Shown here piece by piece: positions 1 to 12,770 of a stretch of DNA of 64,000 nucleotides (position 1 is its first letter; the number at the start of each line of letters is the position of its first letter). The notes beneath the pieces are model-generated. The model did not search any database and had not been told where the DNA came from. It was given only the letters and a program-made list of their open reading frames with translations. This DNA comes from Cladosporium halotolerans. Taxonomy: Eukaryota. The stretch covers positions 806,001-870,000 of the forward strand of contig NW_027191457.1 of NCBI RefSeq assembly GCF_011745625.1, read 5' to 3'. A program made the translations under genes and the position numbers.

Positions 1-191
1 AGGATATCGCGTTGGGCAATCCTTTGCTGAATACGAACCAGGAGTATGGAGTGAAGAGGAGGTGGGACGATGATGTTGTGTTCAAGAACCAGGCGAGGGG
101 CACGGAAGACAGAGGGAAGGAGAAGCATTTCGTCAATGATTTGCTGAGGAGCGATTTTCACAAGCGGTTCATGGATCGCTACGTCCGATGA
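1..191 (+). CDS. CWC15: Pre-mRNA splicing factor Cwc15/Cwf15, C-terminal part (5' end outside window)
   Basis: Frame from nt 3 reads [10 protein letters not shown]...[17 protein letters not shown]...[20 protein letters not shown], the characteristic Cwf15 C-terminus; TGA at 189-191. Confidence 0.93.
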   Translation, partial: DIALGNPLLNTNQEYGVKRRWDDDVVFKNQARGTEDRGKEKHFVNDLLRSDFHKRFMDRYVR

Positions 192-1157
192 GGTGAAGAA
201 GTCCAAGTCGCGATTCGACCTATCGAAAAGAAACCCATCTGGCGAGTCGCCACACATAAACGCTCGGGAGGGCGAGGCCAATGCGCTGCCCAGCGCTCTC
301 ATACTTCCGGATCGATGTCCTCGCTACTTCTCTACGGAGGAGACGCTCTCAACTTGGATCATTTGATCACTTGGCAAACCTGCACGACTTGCTCCTTTGG
401 GGGCCACTACGAATGACTTTTCCACAGCAGTTCGTAGCTCTCGTTGCAAGCCTCTGTCCCTTCGTATGTCGAACCCAAGCCGCCTGATAGCAGCAACGGT
501 GATTGCAGATCGACAACTTTGATTGCTCGACAGATTGCCGAATAGACACAGAGGGGTCAACAACATTTTTCGGCAGCAAGATAAATATCATTGAAGTGAA
601 ATTTGGGAAGAAGCCGCAAGGCATTCTTGCGGCGCTGTAATTTCTCTGTCCACGTCCCTATTCTTCTTCAAAAAGGTATGGAAAGTCTATGCTCGTCCTG
701 TGAGCGTGGCGTCGCGCTTCCTCGGCTACCCGTGTCGGGAAGTACGTGGAGTGACACAAGGCGTTCAGATTTTCAAACGACCTTTCGAGTTCCCAGCTTG
801 AATGACAAGATTTGCTCACCAGTGCCTTGAAGTTCGATGTCGCAATAGCGTCGCTATGCTCTGCACCTGCGAGACAATGCTGCCTTTCTTTCAAGATTCC
901 GAGCAAAGGTGCTCGGTTGTAGTGAATTCCGACCTTCACACGGCCTCCCCGGTCTGAGAATCGTAATTGCGACATTCCATGTGGCGGTGTGCGCTGAAAT
1001 CAACCGTGCCGACTGGCGTGGCTTGCGAAATTGTTGCTCGTAGCTAGACATCGGAGTCCAGCCCAAAGCGGGTATCCCAGAAACGCCATCGCTAAACAGC
1101 AGAATGTAGTTGTACAAGTTCTTTTGCGCTTCTCCTCGTGCCGCAGAACCCTTCCGT

Positions 1158-1922
1158 TCACACACCCTCAAAACTCAAACACTGCTTCCTCTGATCCGCC
1201 TCCTCCTTTGCCAACTCATAGTCGTCCTCCTCCATATCGCTCGACTCCGCCCACAACCTCTCCCTCTCCGCATCCAACCCCAAATCCGCCGCCTCCTGCG
1301 CAATCGCCCAAATCCCCTCCCGCGCCCTCTTATGCCGCTCGCGGTCCTCCTCGATCCTCTGCTCGATCTGCCGCTTATCCAACCTCACCGCGGGCGCCGC
1401 CCACGGCTCCCTCCCGGACGCCGGCGTGCCCCTCGCCGCCGTCCCAGCGGCAGGCGTCCCGTCATCCTCCGCCGGCGACCCGCCCGCGCCCCCCGCCTCC
1501 CCTCGCCCCGCAATAAACTCCTCCAGCTCCGCGACCGTCTGCGCCTGCAAAAACCCTTTCGCGCCCAAGCTCTTCAGCACGCTCCGCACGACCCTCACGT
1601 TCGCCGCGCCCCCGCCCTCGGCTGGCGCGACGAGCTCCACCAGCCGCAGGATGTCGCGCTCGATCATGCGCGGGTAGGCGGGCGGCGGCTGCGGGGCGGC
1701 GGCGGCGGCGTCGCACAGGGCGGGCAGGAAGTAGGCGATGTTGGCGCGCGCGTTGAGGGAGGGCGTGCGCTCGAGCTGCTCGAGGATGCAGCTGTGCAGG
1801 TCCTCGGCGAAGGCGGCGTGCTTGAGCGCGTAGTGGGCGGTTTTGAGCGCGCTGTTGGTGCTGGCGTTGAGGTGGTGGAGGAGGGAGGTGAAGCGCATGC
1901 GGACTTCGAAGGGGTCGGCCAT
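1158..1922 (-). CDS. CTK3: CTD kinase I subunit gamma (Ctk3)
   Basis: 254-aa ORF starting MADPFEVRMRF, with EDLHSCILEQLE and RIEEDRERHKR.RE.IW motifs typical of Ctk3. Confidence 0.92.
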   Translation of the reverse strand: MADPFEVRMRFTSLLHHLNASTNSALKTAHYALKHAAFAEDLHSCILEQLERTPSLNARANIAYFLPALCDAAAAAPQPPPAYPRMIERDILRLVELVAPAEGGGAANVRVVRSVLKSLGAKGFLQAQTVAELEEFIAGRGEAGGAGGSPAEDDGTPAAGTAARGTPASGREPWAAPAVRLDKRQIEQRIEEDRERHKRAREGIWAIAQEAADLGLDAERERLWAESSDMEEDDYELAKEEADQRKQCLSFEGV

Positions 1923-2769
1923 GGTTTTTTTTTTTTCTTATTTTGTTGTGGCTTTGGTTGTTGTGGGAGGGTGGTTGTCGAGGTGTGAGGTGGCTTCTTG
2001 CCTCTTTGGCCCTGCCCTGCCCTGCCTTGTGATTCTGTTTCGAGTTCTTGGTCAGGTACCTTAGCTGGCTGGCTGCCAGGCAAGTATGGACTTTCGGCGA
2101 TGGAGGGCCGAGGGAGACGGCTCGCGTGAGCGGGAGGCTCGGCTCACTGTGGGGTAGCGCGGAGTCTGATTGCTTGATCGCTGTGACTAAACGCGGGCTT
2201 CGAAGGGGGGCATTTCGCGTACCTGTCAGTTTGATTATATTGCTGTGCTAGCAGGGGTGGGTTAGCCCACTGCATATTGCGACGTGTGTTGATCTACTGC
2301 AAGGCACTGCGCGTCAACCGCGTCCGTCTCTTGTGGACACTATTGAATCCTTCCATTGTAGATACAGCGAGGTGCAAACCAATCGGCCATCGCGCGCCTG
2401 AAGCCAAGACGTCAGCCCGTAAACCCTCGCTTACGGCGATCGTGGTGTATTGAACTCTCCGCGATGTTTAAATTTGGACTCAGATAGGGCGTCCTGCTGC
2501 AGCTGGAAGCGCAAGCCTCGTGTGTCAAACCAGCGCCGTCGACGAGGCGACGACGACGGAGGCGCTGACGAGGCGTGTCTGTTATCACGTCGCAGATAAG
2601 ACGGCGGTGCGCAGCGACGGGGAGATTAATGAATGAGTCGTGGCCGGGTTGCCCCTTGCGGTAACGCTGTGGACCCCCGGTGTCCAGACGAACGGTGCGG
2701 GCGCTTCGGCGAATCCTTCCCCCCACGTTGGCCGGCGGCTGGACTGGAGTCTTTGCTAGCTCTGCCTTC

Positions 2770-5025
2770 ATGCAACGGCCGCCTCTGCTGCCATGCCGAG
2801 CTGCTGGCGCGCGCGAGGTCAGCCTCACTCCTCCGTCGCACGAGACCGCTCCCTCACCGAGCATGCACCATTCCTCCCTCGCCGCTGCGGCGCGCGACGC
2901 CACTGCCAGCCCCGCCGTCCACGAGCACATTGTTGACAAAGCCGCCGCACCGCACCGCAACGACAGCAAGGTGCAGCCTCCCGGTACCGAAGACTCCTCC
3001 CCTGCCGCCCTGCCTGTCCACCACCACACCCTCACACCGGCCGAGGAGGCGCATGCAGAGCCGACGCGTCCAAACACCACCGCCCACGTCCACAACCATG
3101 CCGTCCTCCCCACTATAGACACCGGCGTCTACCACCCACCGCTGGTGCACCGCACCACCACCCCTCACCACACTCCTGCGAGCGCCGGCTTGACGATACA
3201 GACAGACCTCGATTCGAAGGGCAGGCCGCTGCATGAAAGACCCAGAGAAACACCCAGTATATGCGAAACACCTGCGCAATCTAGACTGCATGCTTCGTTG
3301 ACCTCACCTGCGATCCACTCCCTGCCCACAAGAGGCTCGTCGCTGCGTTCCAATCTCTCCACGGCTAGCATGAACTCGTCGCTCTCTCCAGGCTCTGCGA
3401 ATTCAGCCCTCCCTTCGCCCTACCTGGCCACCATGTCAGATCTCACCCCATTGCCCAGCCCGCTCGTAGGCAATGAGTCAGCCGCTCCATGGAAGCGAAC
3501 ACGACAGGGCACGCCCGGTCATTCACGCAGTGGCTCTCAAGAGGACTCTACGCCCACGAAGCCATCTTCTCCGGGGCCCGCGTCACCAACAACACCTTCA
3601 AAACGTAAAAAGGGCTACGGCAGCCTTGTCTCCGCCGCTGTCGAGACTTCAATGGCCATCAACACCGCCGGGGCTCAGGAAAATCGCCAGCAGTCTACGA
3701 GGCACCACACCCGCAACCGCAGCATTTCAGATTTCCAGCCAGAGCAGCTACAAAATGTACGGCAGAGACATGTCACATTCGGCCCGGGCGACGCACCGAG
3801 CTTCGAAGTGCCAGAATACCGAATGCAGCGAGAAGCATATCTGGCGGCGCAACGCGGCCTCACTCCGGGATCTCGAGCGCCCAAGCAAATTCCCAGCCCG
3901 CCTCCTAGTAATACGAGCGTTGCCGAGAGTGACGAGCCCGAAGACGACACCGATATCATTGCTTTGGACGCCGACGGTAGTCCGGCGGTGTATTTGCAGA
4001 TCCATTGCGGAATCAACAACCGGAAAAAGAAGTTCAGGCAGCTAAGGCAGCTTGGTCAGGGCACGTTTTCCAAGGTCGTGCTCGCCACAGACGAAAGGAT
4101 CACAGTAAACCCCGCGCCACCCCACCCAGAGGAACTACTGGATCCCGCCCGCGTGGTCGCCGTGAAAATCGTCGAGCACGGCCCCGCAGGAGGCGCCGAC
4201 AAAGAACGCATCGACACCAGCCTGCGGCGAGAAGTGGAGATGCTGAAGAGCATCACCCACCCTTCCCTCATCCACCTCAAAGCCTGCGAATACCAAGAAA
4301 CCCGCACCCTGCTCGTCCTCACCTATTGCCCGGGCGGCGACCTCTTCGAGCTCGCCAGCGCCAAGCGCGAAGTCCTCACCCCGCCCATGGTCCAGCGCAT
4401 GTTCGCCGAGCTCGTCTCCGCCGTCCGCTACCTGCACAAAAACTGGATCGTCCACCGCGACATCAAGCTCGAGAACGTCCTCGTCAACGTCCCCCCCGCC
4501 ACCCTCGCCGCCATCCCCAACCCCACCGCCCATCCCACCCCCTTGCTCACTCTCACCGACCTCGGCCTCGGCCGCCGCATCCCCGATCCCCCCGAGTCCC
4601 CCCTCCTCACCACCCGCTGCGGCAGCGAAGACTACGCCGCGCCCGAGATCCTGCTCGGCCAGCCCTACGACGGCCGCAACACGGACGCCTGGGCGCTCGG
4701 CGTCCTGCTGTACGCGCTGATGGAGGGCCGTTTGCCGTTCGACGCGCCGCCCGGGAAGCCAGAGCGCAGCCGCAACACGCACCGCATCGCGCGCTGCGAC
4801 TGGATTTGGTGCCGGTTTGGGGACGAGGATGGCGAGTGGGAGGGCGGTAAGAGGGGCGCGGAGGAGTGGGAGGGCGCGAGGGAGTGCGTGGAGGGGTTGT
4901 TGAAGAAGGTGAGGATGGGACGGAGGCCGTTGGAGGAGATTGAGGGGTTGGAGTGGGTTAGGAACGGGGTGCAGGTTGAGGGCGGGTTGAGGATGGGGGA
5001 GGGGTTGGGGGACCGGATGGAGTGA
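2770..5025 (+). CDS. Ser/Thr protein kinase, Prr1-like, with long S/P-rich N-terminus
   Basis: LGQGTFSKV, VAVK, HRDIKLEN, DLG (in place of DFG), CGSEDYAAPE and DAWALGV motifs. First in-frame ATG at 2770 (alternative 2863). Confidence 0.9.
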   Translation: MQRPPLLPCRAAGAREVSLTPPSHETAPSPSMHHSSLAAAARDATASPAVHEHIVDKAAAPHRNDSKVQPPGTEDSSPAALPVHHHTLTPAEEAHAEPTRPNTTAHVHNHAVLPTIDTGVYHPPLVHRTTTPHHTPASAGLTIQTDLDSKGRPLHERPRETPSICETPAQSRLHASLTSPAIHSLPTRGSSLRSNLSTASMNSSLSPGSANSALPSPYLATMSDLTPLPSPLVGNESAAPWKRTRQGTPGHSRSGSQEDSTPTKPSSPGPASPTTPSKRKKGYGSLVSAAVETSMAINTAGAQENRQQSTRHHTRNRSISDFQPEQLQNVRQRHVTFGPGDAPSFEVPEYRMQREAYLAAQRGLTPGSRAPKQIPSPPPSNTSVAESDEPEDDTDIIALDADGSPAVYLQIHCGINNRKKKFRQLRQLGQGTFSKVVLATDERITVNPAPPHPEELLDPARVVAVKIVEHGPAGGADKERIDTSLRREVEMLKSITHPSLIHLKACEYQETRTLLVLTYCPGGDLFELASAKREVLTPPMVQRMFAELVSAVRYLHKNWIVHRDIKLENVLVNVPPATLAAIPNPTAHPTPLLTLTDLGLGRRIPDPPESPLLTTRCGSEDYAAPEILLGQPYDGRNTDAWALGVLLYALMEGRLPFDAPPGKPERSRNTHRIARCDWIWCRFGDEDGEWEGGKRGAEEWEGARECVEGLLKKVRMGRRPLEEIEGLEWVRNGVQVEGGLRMGEGLGDRME

Positions 5026-5868
5026 TGTGTTTTTTGGCTGGGGCGGACGGTTGGGGCAAGGGATCAAGGTTCTTTGGCTCGTGGGATCTCTGCCAGTTTC
5101 TTTCTCTTCTTCTTTTTGTGGGTTTTTGGAAAATGGCGTTCAAGAGGATGCTTTCAGCGATAGGGTCGATTCGGCTGTCACGCCGTGGTGGCGGGAGAAG
5201 GGAGGGCAGGCGGGCGGGCGGGCTTTTTCTTTTTCTTTGTCTAAGATACCAAATTTGGGGGAGCGCGGAAACGGGGAACACGGGAAATGTCCTTTTGGGA
5301 GATACTCTAGCATCATTAATTGAAGAGAAAAAGCAATAAGTTTCTAGGGAACGGGAAGTGAAAAAGCAGGAGGCTCGGGCAATTTTGGATACCGGGGATA
5401 GCTGTCGCGAACGTATTTGAGGATCGAAACGAAGCGTGATTTACTAAATCTCATTTTACGAGTATTCTGAAGTATTTAATGTAGTGTGAGGTGTGAGCGA
5501 GCCGATGGCCATTGGTGCCCCGGTTGGCTTTGGAGAAAAGTCCGCCTTTCGCCGCTCAAACCTCACTCCGCGTTTTCCGACTGCGTCTTTTCGTTTCAAC
5601 GACATAGATATTGACAAACTGGAAAATCTGGCTTCGTATCAAGATAACACGGCTGCCAGGACCATATATTGGCGTTTTTAGAACAATTGCAATTGTCCCG
5701 CACAAAGACCCGCCAAATCTCTTCGCCACACAACACTCGGACTTAAGATCCAACCCGAACGGATATCGACGAACCCAACCTCTCTCCAGAGAAAGAACAA
5801 CCAGAACACTGCAACTTCCAGGCAAAAAAAAAAACCACAATCTAAACACCACCGCCGACCCTCCAAAA

Positions 5869-6657
5869 ATGCACATCGCCTCCCTCGGCTCCTCCTTCGC
5901 CTCCGGCCCCTCCATCCCGCCCCAACTCCCACCCCCCGCCGCCCGCCGCTCCGGCGCAAACTACCCATCCCTCGTCTCCCGCGCCCTCTCCGCCACCCTC
6001 ACCGACCTCTCCGCCTCCGGCGCCACGCTGCTCAACGTCCTCTCCGAGCCCCAGCAGACGCTACAGGGCACGCTCCCGCCGCAGCTCGAGGGCCTGCCCG
6101 CGGACGCGGACGTCGTGACGATCACGGGCGGCGGAAACGACCTGGGCTACTCGGCGGGCATGATGGGTGAGGCGGCGGGGATTGTGCTTGGGGGTGAAGG
6201 GGGATTGCTGGAGGCGCTGGGGCTGAGGGGCGGGGTTGCGGCTGTCGGGGAGAAGGAGGCGGTGGAGCGGTTTGTGAGGGTCATCGAGGCTGTGAGGGCG
6301 CGGGCACCAGGCGCAAGGATCTTTCTCGTCGAGTATCTTGCTGTGTTTGGGGAGGAGACGGGGGTTGCGGACGACCAGCCGCTGGGGAGCGAGGCGGTGG
6401 AGAGGTATCGGGCGCTCGCTGGGGTGCTGGGGAGGGTTTATAGGCGGGCGGCGGAGAGGGGTGGGGAGCGCGTGGAGGTTGTGGAGATCTCGCGGATGAG
6501 TGAGGGGCATGCGGTTGGGACTAGGGAGCCGTGGGTTGTGGGGTTTACGGAGGGGTTGTTGATGGGTGGCGGGGCGCCGTATCATCCGAATGCTGAGGGG
6601 CATAAGGCTGTTGCGAGGGAGGTTGAGAGGAGGGTTAGGAAGGCGCTTGAGCTGTGA
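5869..6657 (+). CDS. SGNH/GDSL hydrolase (SEST-like esterase/lipase)
   Basis: Blocks LGSSFASGP, SASGA, TGGGND and YHPNAEGH; ATG 5869 in AAAATG context; intronless. Confidence 0.88.
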   Translation: MHIASLGSSFASGPSIPPQLPPPAARRSGANYPSLVSRALSATLTDLSASGATLLNVLSEPQQTLQGTLPPQLEGLPADADVVTITGGGNDLGYSAGMMGEAAGIVLGGEGGLLEALGLRGGVAAVGEKEAVERFVRVIEAVRARAPGARIFLVEYLAVFGEETGVADDQPLGSEAVERYRALAGVLGRVYRRAAERGGERVEVVEISRMSEGHAVGTREPWVVGFTEGLLMGGGAPYHPNAEGHKAVAREVERRVRKALEL

Positions 6658-6849
6658 GGGGTGTTTGAGCTTGTGGGCAAGGACAGTGTCATGCCGTGTG
6701 GGCTCATGTGGAAAATGGAGAAAGAACATGTAGATGGGCCAGCTGTCCAGTCGGTGTTGCATAGATTTTGATAGATATAGATTTGCTAGAAACGGCCAGT
6801 GTGCATCACTCATATTCTGCTCCTGGGGAGTGTCATTTCTCTTCCCTGA

Positions 6850-9800
6850 CTATTGCTGGCTGCACTTCGCGACAGTTCCTTCGATTTCCCTAACCCACAA
6901 GACATTCCCTCCCCGAGCCTTGGCCGCCTCCAAGAGCACATTGAGACCATCCTTCAATTCTGCTATATCGACCGATGCCTCAAAGCCTTGCGCCGCATAT
7001 CGCAAAACGACTCCCGCAGCATGCACAACCCTCAACCCCAGCAAAAACGCGTCGTCAGTAGAAGACCACCCAAGCGGCCCATCAACGCTCGTCTCGAACT
7101 TCGCCCGCAGGGTAGAAACACCTTCTACCGCCCACCGTGCGACCGCATCAAGCATCTTACCCTGCGCAGCAGAGACAGCCAAACCCCTCGCAACCTCCGC
7201 CCAGACCCTCGTCTCCCTCGCCTCATCAACATACAAATTCTGCTTCTCCTCCGCGAAGAGCGCATGCTCGCCCTTCTCAAACGTAGCCAGCTGGTCCCCA
7301 ACATTCGGCTCCAAGCCTCCAAACGCCCGTTCAACGGCAACCTCAAAAAGATCTGCAGCCTCCAGCCAGCGCCTCGCCATAAGATCTGCGAGCTTCTGCG
7401 CCGCGACGAGCGGGACGAGCGGGGTGTTGTGGCCGCCGTCTGCGTTGAAGATCCGGCACGCAGAGTGCGCGGCCGTGAGGCGGATGTCTTCGTCGTCGTC
7501 GTTGAGGAGGTCGTAGACGCTGAAGCAGAGGAGGCGCAAGAGAGGGCCTGCGGAGGGGATTTGGGCGAGCTGAGGCCAGGTTTGGTTCAGGCTTGAGAGA
7601 GCGTTGACGGCTGCTTGGGTGGAGAACATGCTGTTGTCTTTGAGCGCGGATTGGGTGGCTCTGGCCCATTCTTCGAGGGCCGAAAGGAGAGTGGCGTCGA
7701 CGGTGTTGGTGAGGGAGACTTGGTGCTCGAGGTGTTTTGCGCGTTGCTCGAGCCATCGGTCTGCTGCTGTCTGGGTGGATAGGTGCTCGATCGCTTGTGC
7801 TTCGCTGAGATGTCCGATACCGGAAAGGACTTGTCCCGCGCGGTCGCCTTCGAGAGTAATCGAGGAGCCAACGGTGAAGTGAGGAATCTCAGCCTTGGCA
7901 CGCTGTTCGCCCGATAGGACCGTCTCCAGAGCCTGCATCGAGTCCTCCACGTCTACAAAAGTAATGCTAGTGTAAAGGCATGACTCGTCCGTCCGCAGCC
8001 ATTCTGCAGCAGCGACGAGCTCTTTGCAACGCTCCGCAACAGCTGCGAGTCGGCCGTACTCAGGCACAAATGTATCCAGAGGGCTGATCTTCGCTTTCAA
8101 CCTGCGAATCAGATACGTCGCACACAATAAAGATCCGTGCAGTGCATTGTGGTCGCTGGAAGGACCGGCAAGGAGCTGCTCCACCGTAGCATCGGTCGTC
8201 TCAATCGGAACGAACGACGCAAAAGTGCGCGCTGCTTTGTCGCGAACGTGCCATGAAGGGCTCGAAGTCAGAGCGAAGACCGCCGTCTGCACTTCTATCC
8301 GCTTCGACTCCGGCATCTGAGCGCGTTGGAGCAGCTGCAAAGCCGGAAAGACGCCTTCATTTCTCGCTCCCTCGCCAGGCAGTGTTGATGCGGGCTCAGT
8401 AGAAAGCAAGCCGATGACAAGCTCCAGAAGGTCATGGTGGTGCTCGAAGTCAACACGGCGCTTAGTGGCAACCTCATCTTCCACGTAAGCATCATTTGTA
8501 CCCAGCAGACGATCAATAACAGCGCGGAAAAGCATGAGCCCACAGTTGCGGATGGCCCACGCCTCTGATCGCAGGGAGTCTGCTGCAAGCCGGAGCGCGA
8601 TGGGCACGTATTGCTCCGACTTCTCGGCGAGCCTGGTGTTCTTGAGGACGTCTTTCATGCAGTTCATGGCGTGAACTTGGGGCAGGCTGCCTTCCTGGGC
8701 ATGATCAGAATCGACGACTTCCCTAGCAATCTGCTCGAACTCTGCGAAAGCGCGCTTGAAGAGAAAGCCGGAGCGGTCGGCGATGAGGATGCCGCAGAGC
8801 AGGGATGGCAGGCCGGCGGATCGGCGAGTGTTGATCGTGAGGCTTCTTTGGAGGAGACCGATGGTCCTCTCGTACCATGTGGAGAGACCGAGAGACGAGT
8901 CGTTGCTTTCCATTAGTGAGCAGCAAGTAGTCCATGTCTGCGCCACTGTGGAGAAAGCACCACGATGTCTGAGTTCAGCGAGCTGTGTGAAGCAAAGCTC
9001 GAACATGGATGGCTTGAAGTCCGGTGAGGTGCACGTTTTGAGAATTGCGGGCGACAGCATCGTGCCCAAGAGCAAGCTTGCTTCTTTCAGCGATCTCCAG
9101 CAATAGCTCAAAATATCTTTCGAGGAGATGTCGGGCACATCATCCATTTCATCCGGCATGTGACCTTCCGGCGCATCGTCGCAGAGCGTGGGTCTGACGA
9201 CCTTCCAGACGTGCTGCAAAAGCGCTTGCACGCGATCATGAAGGCCGGGGTATATGTCTGCGGTGAAGTCGCCACGGAGAATTACGTATCGTAAGCTTGT
9301 CAATAAGCCGTGCAAGGGGAACTTTTCGACAGCTTTGGCTAGATCGTCGTCCGCTACTCGCAGCATTTCCTCAGTCTTGTCCAGTAATGCCGAGAGTACC
9401 GTATGCCTGTTCTCAGGCGAGCCTGCAAGTACGTAACTGAGACTATGCAAATACGCCACACCGTCCGCGTGATCTGCGCGACCGCTAGAGAGCATCATAG
9501 CGATGGCCCTTTCCTTTGTAGCATCGAAATCACCGCTAGTAGAGAGCGGTGATGCGGATGCCCGTGAGTTACAGAGCTCGAGAATGCCTGCTGAAGTCTG
9601 CCGAACGTCATCGTACGGATCCATGAGTAGATCGAGTAGTAAACGGTGCAAGCCTGCATCAACGACAGTCATCTCGAACGGCCACTGACCATTACCGCTA
9701 GCAGATTTCGAGAGGTTGTCTTGAGCGATGCTACCATCGACGCCGGATCGAAGGAGCAAGGCAAGGCATTTGAGTGCTGATATGTGCCTTTGGTAGCTTG

Positions 9801-11253
9801 ATGTTGGACGCAGCTCCCAGGCGAGGAAACGAATGTACCAATCAACAAAGTTTTTATGACCTTGCAGAGAAGCCTGAGCGTCGAGAGATTTGGCTTTCGC
9901 CAAATGGGCAGTTGCAGCTCTCATTCTGTCAAACATGCGTTGCGTAAGTGAGAACAACTCGCTTCTGAAGAAGGCATCGGTATCTGCATGTAGGTGGCTC
10001 AAAGATTGCTTCAACTGCTCGAGCACAGATGCGTGGAAAGGCCTGGTTGGTGACAAAGACGCAATGAAAAGCGACAGTCCAGCCAAACGCGCGTTTCGGT
10101 CATCCGATGAGATCAAGATGGCGATGAATTGGATTGGGACGAGTAGGCGATTCGTTTCGAGCACGATGTCATCGCCTGTTGTCTCCTCTATCAATCCGAG
10201 GCTCTTTCCGGTCTGCAATGCTGCATAAAGCATCTCTTGTGTGTTCTCGTTGCCCGGAATTTGTTCGGAGCTGAACAGTTGTTTCAAGCCCAACTGCTGG
10301 AGAAAGGCAGCGTATTGTGGAAGACTCCGTTTGAAAAGGACAGGGAATATGTGGGAACGATAAGCTTCGGTGTTCTCGATGTTTTGTCCAAGTGTCTCAT
10401 GTAACGGTGCAGACCAGATCGGGACAGAGGCATTGGCGCTTTCTGGCGTCGTTGACGATGTTTGCGTGCTGGGTACTTTCTCCAGTTTGTCAAGAATAAC
10501 GGCAGTGAGCTGACCGATGATTGAGCCAAAGTCGCCCCTCGTGGTCCACCTGAAGACGGAGCACAGCAGATTCTGCACTTGATTCTTTGGTTCTGTAGAC
10601 TGATTGATGGCAGTCATTTGTGAAAGCACAACGTCAAGAGTAATGATGTTCTTGGAGAGAACGTGGGTGAGCAGCAAGAGGTAGGCCTTGCTGTCGCGAT
10701 GCACCTCCTTCGCGCTCACCGCGCCAACGACGTGGATGGACAACTGGTCTTTCAGGTCCCCAATCCAAGTGGCACCCTCAGATTTGCGCAGTACATTACT
10801 GAGCGAAGCCAGCAGTTGCTTGGAAGATTTGGGCCTAGCATTGTGGCTGTGATCCAAGTAGAGTCTAAGACCTCGATTCCAGATTTCTGCTTGCCACAAG
10901 ATAAGGCGGACGTTCTCGTATTGAGAGTCGATAGTTTGGTCGATCAAAGCGCAAAGAGCGTTCCATGCGGCCACTCTATGGCCTGCATCAAGCGTGTTTG
11001 AGGAACAGGTGCGAAGCACATCTTCGAACAATGAGATCAACTTACTAAAGCCCTGTCAGCTTTTATCTCTGACGAGGCTGGCTGGCAGCTTCACGACATT
11101 CGATTCTTACAAGGACTCTTCGTTGATGTTGGCATCGGTATTGCCAGGAATGTGACTCTTCACATGTCTGGCAATGTGACGAAGTGCATCTTCCTCTAGC
11201 AATTGAGGAGTCTCTCGGCTGCTGGGGATCGCATCGCTCATTGCCACATCCAT
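6850..11253 (-). CDS. TRM732: THADA/Trm732 (DUF2428) tRNA methylation cofactor; 2 exons, intron 11045-11110
   Basis: ~1440-aa helical-repeat protein with LRHRGAFS, TRRSAGLP, VHAMNCMK and WAIRNCGLMLF motifs. The GTAAG...TTAG intron joins exon 1 (MDVAMSD...) in frame. Confidence 0.88.
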
Positions 11254-11601
11254 ATCGACGATTCTATCAATGGCGGCACCATGCGTGTCTGGGGCCGGCG
11301 CAAATAGATTCGTCATATAGTCAATCCGTCGTCGTCTTGTCCCTTCGAAATTTCCCCAGGCGAGAAGTGAAGTGTGGCTGACCAACGCCACAGCCACAAC
11401 CAGCCAGCCAGCCGACAGCGCTGATCGTTCCGCGCCCTTCTCCTTTGGTCCTCGAAAAGTTGCGAACCGCCCTTCGGTCACCACCACCAACCACAACCGC
11501 CATCTCACGCCCGCACCCCCATCGCATTCCGCCCTGAGCAGTCGCCGCATCACCTGCTCCAACCTCCCTCTCTCACAACACCCTCACACACATCAGCCAA
11601 G

Positions 11602-12335
11602 ATGGGCGTCTGGGACGCATTCACAGGGCGCAAATCGCAACCCTCAGACTCGTCCTCCTCCAGCGCATCGCAAACCATCCAAGACCCGGCAGCAGGCGTG
11701 TCATTTAACAACGTCTCCTCCGAGGATGTCGGCTCCTTCATGACCCAGCCCGGCGCTTTCGATGCCTCCGCCCTCCACCCGCTCGCCGGCCTCAACCAAG
11801 ACACCCTCGACTACCTCACCCTCGACGACTCCGCCCTCTCAGACCTTCCCAACAGCAACTCCTTCTTGCCCTCGCGAGGATGGTCCGATGACCTGTGTTA
11901 CGGCGCCGGTGTCGCGTACCTCGGCGCGCTTACAATGGGAGGCGCATGGGGTCTGGCCGAGGGTCTGAACAGACTCCCGGCCTCCGCGCCGCCCAAACTG
12001 CGCCTGAACTCCGTCCTCAACGCCGTCACACGGAGAGGCCCCTTCCTCGGAAACTCCGCCGGTGTGGTCGCGATGATGTACAACGGTTTCAACAGCACCA
12101 TCGGCTACTACCGCGGCAAGCATGACTGGGCCAACAGCGTAACCGCAGGCGCGATTTCCGGCGCGATCTTCAAGAGCTCGCGGGGTCTCAGGCCCGCTAT
12201 GGTTTCTGGTGGCATCGTTGGTTCTCTCGCCGGTGCCTGGGCTGTAAGTCCTACAGTACTTCCCGTCATCAATGATATGCGACAATGCTGACATAACGCC
12301 CACAGGTTTCGCGCAAGGTGTTCTTCGAGGATTAA
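11602..12335 (+). CDS. TIM23: Mitochondrial inner membrane translocase Tim23; intron 12244-12305
   Basis: LPSRGWSDDLCYG, KLRLNSVLNAVTRRGPFLGN and RGKHD motifs. The GTAAGT..CTGAC..CAG intron gives C-terminus VSRKVFFED*. Confidence 0.95.
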
Positions 12336-12770
12336 GAGACGGATGCAGCGGGCGACGGCATTTTGCATTATTAGCACTGGTTTTACTACTTCGGGGACGG
12401 ACACTGTAAAGATATGATAGATCCGGTCGGTCCTTCAGCATGGCGCCGGCGTCTCTTGGTACAACTGTAATCTACGCACAGAATACTCTTCTCCAAAGAT
12501 GGGAAAGCATGAATTCGAAAAGCAGTTTTAAGGGCACAGAAATGGTCATCGAGTTTTTAGTGGATTTCAATGGTGTGAGCTTTAAGGTTTGTCCTCATGT
12601 CCTCACCCGTCCTCACCATGTCCTCACGCTTTTCCCTCTGGCTGAACGCTTTCATTAAAAGGCTCGATGCCCTGTTTTGATACCATGTTACCCAAATGCA
12701 CAGGAAACAGTCAGCCTGCTCGACCCCAAAGACAAACTTCAAAATCAACCCAGAACGTCAAACCTCCAAT

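Noticed and set aside
192..1030. Short ORFs between CWC15 and CTK3, including a long open frame after the CWC15 stop
   Set aside because: No codon bias, non-leaky TGA-G context and no recognisable motif; at most a decayed relic.
4558..4566. DLG in place of DFG suggesting a pseudokinase
   Set aside because: Catalytic Lys, HRD and the Mg-binding Asp are intact; DLG is a common active variant.
5611..5868. Open upstream frame of the SGNH gene as an N-terminal extension
   Set aside because: No targeting-peptide character; explained by stop-poor C/A-rich composition.
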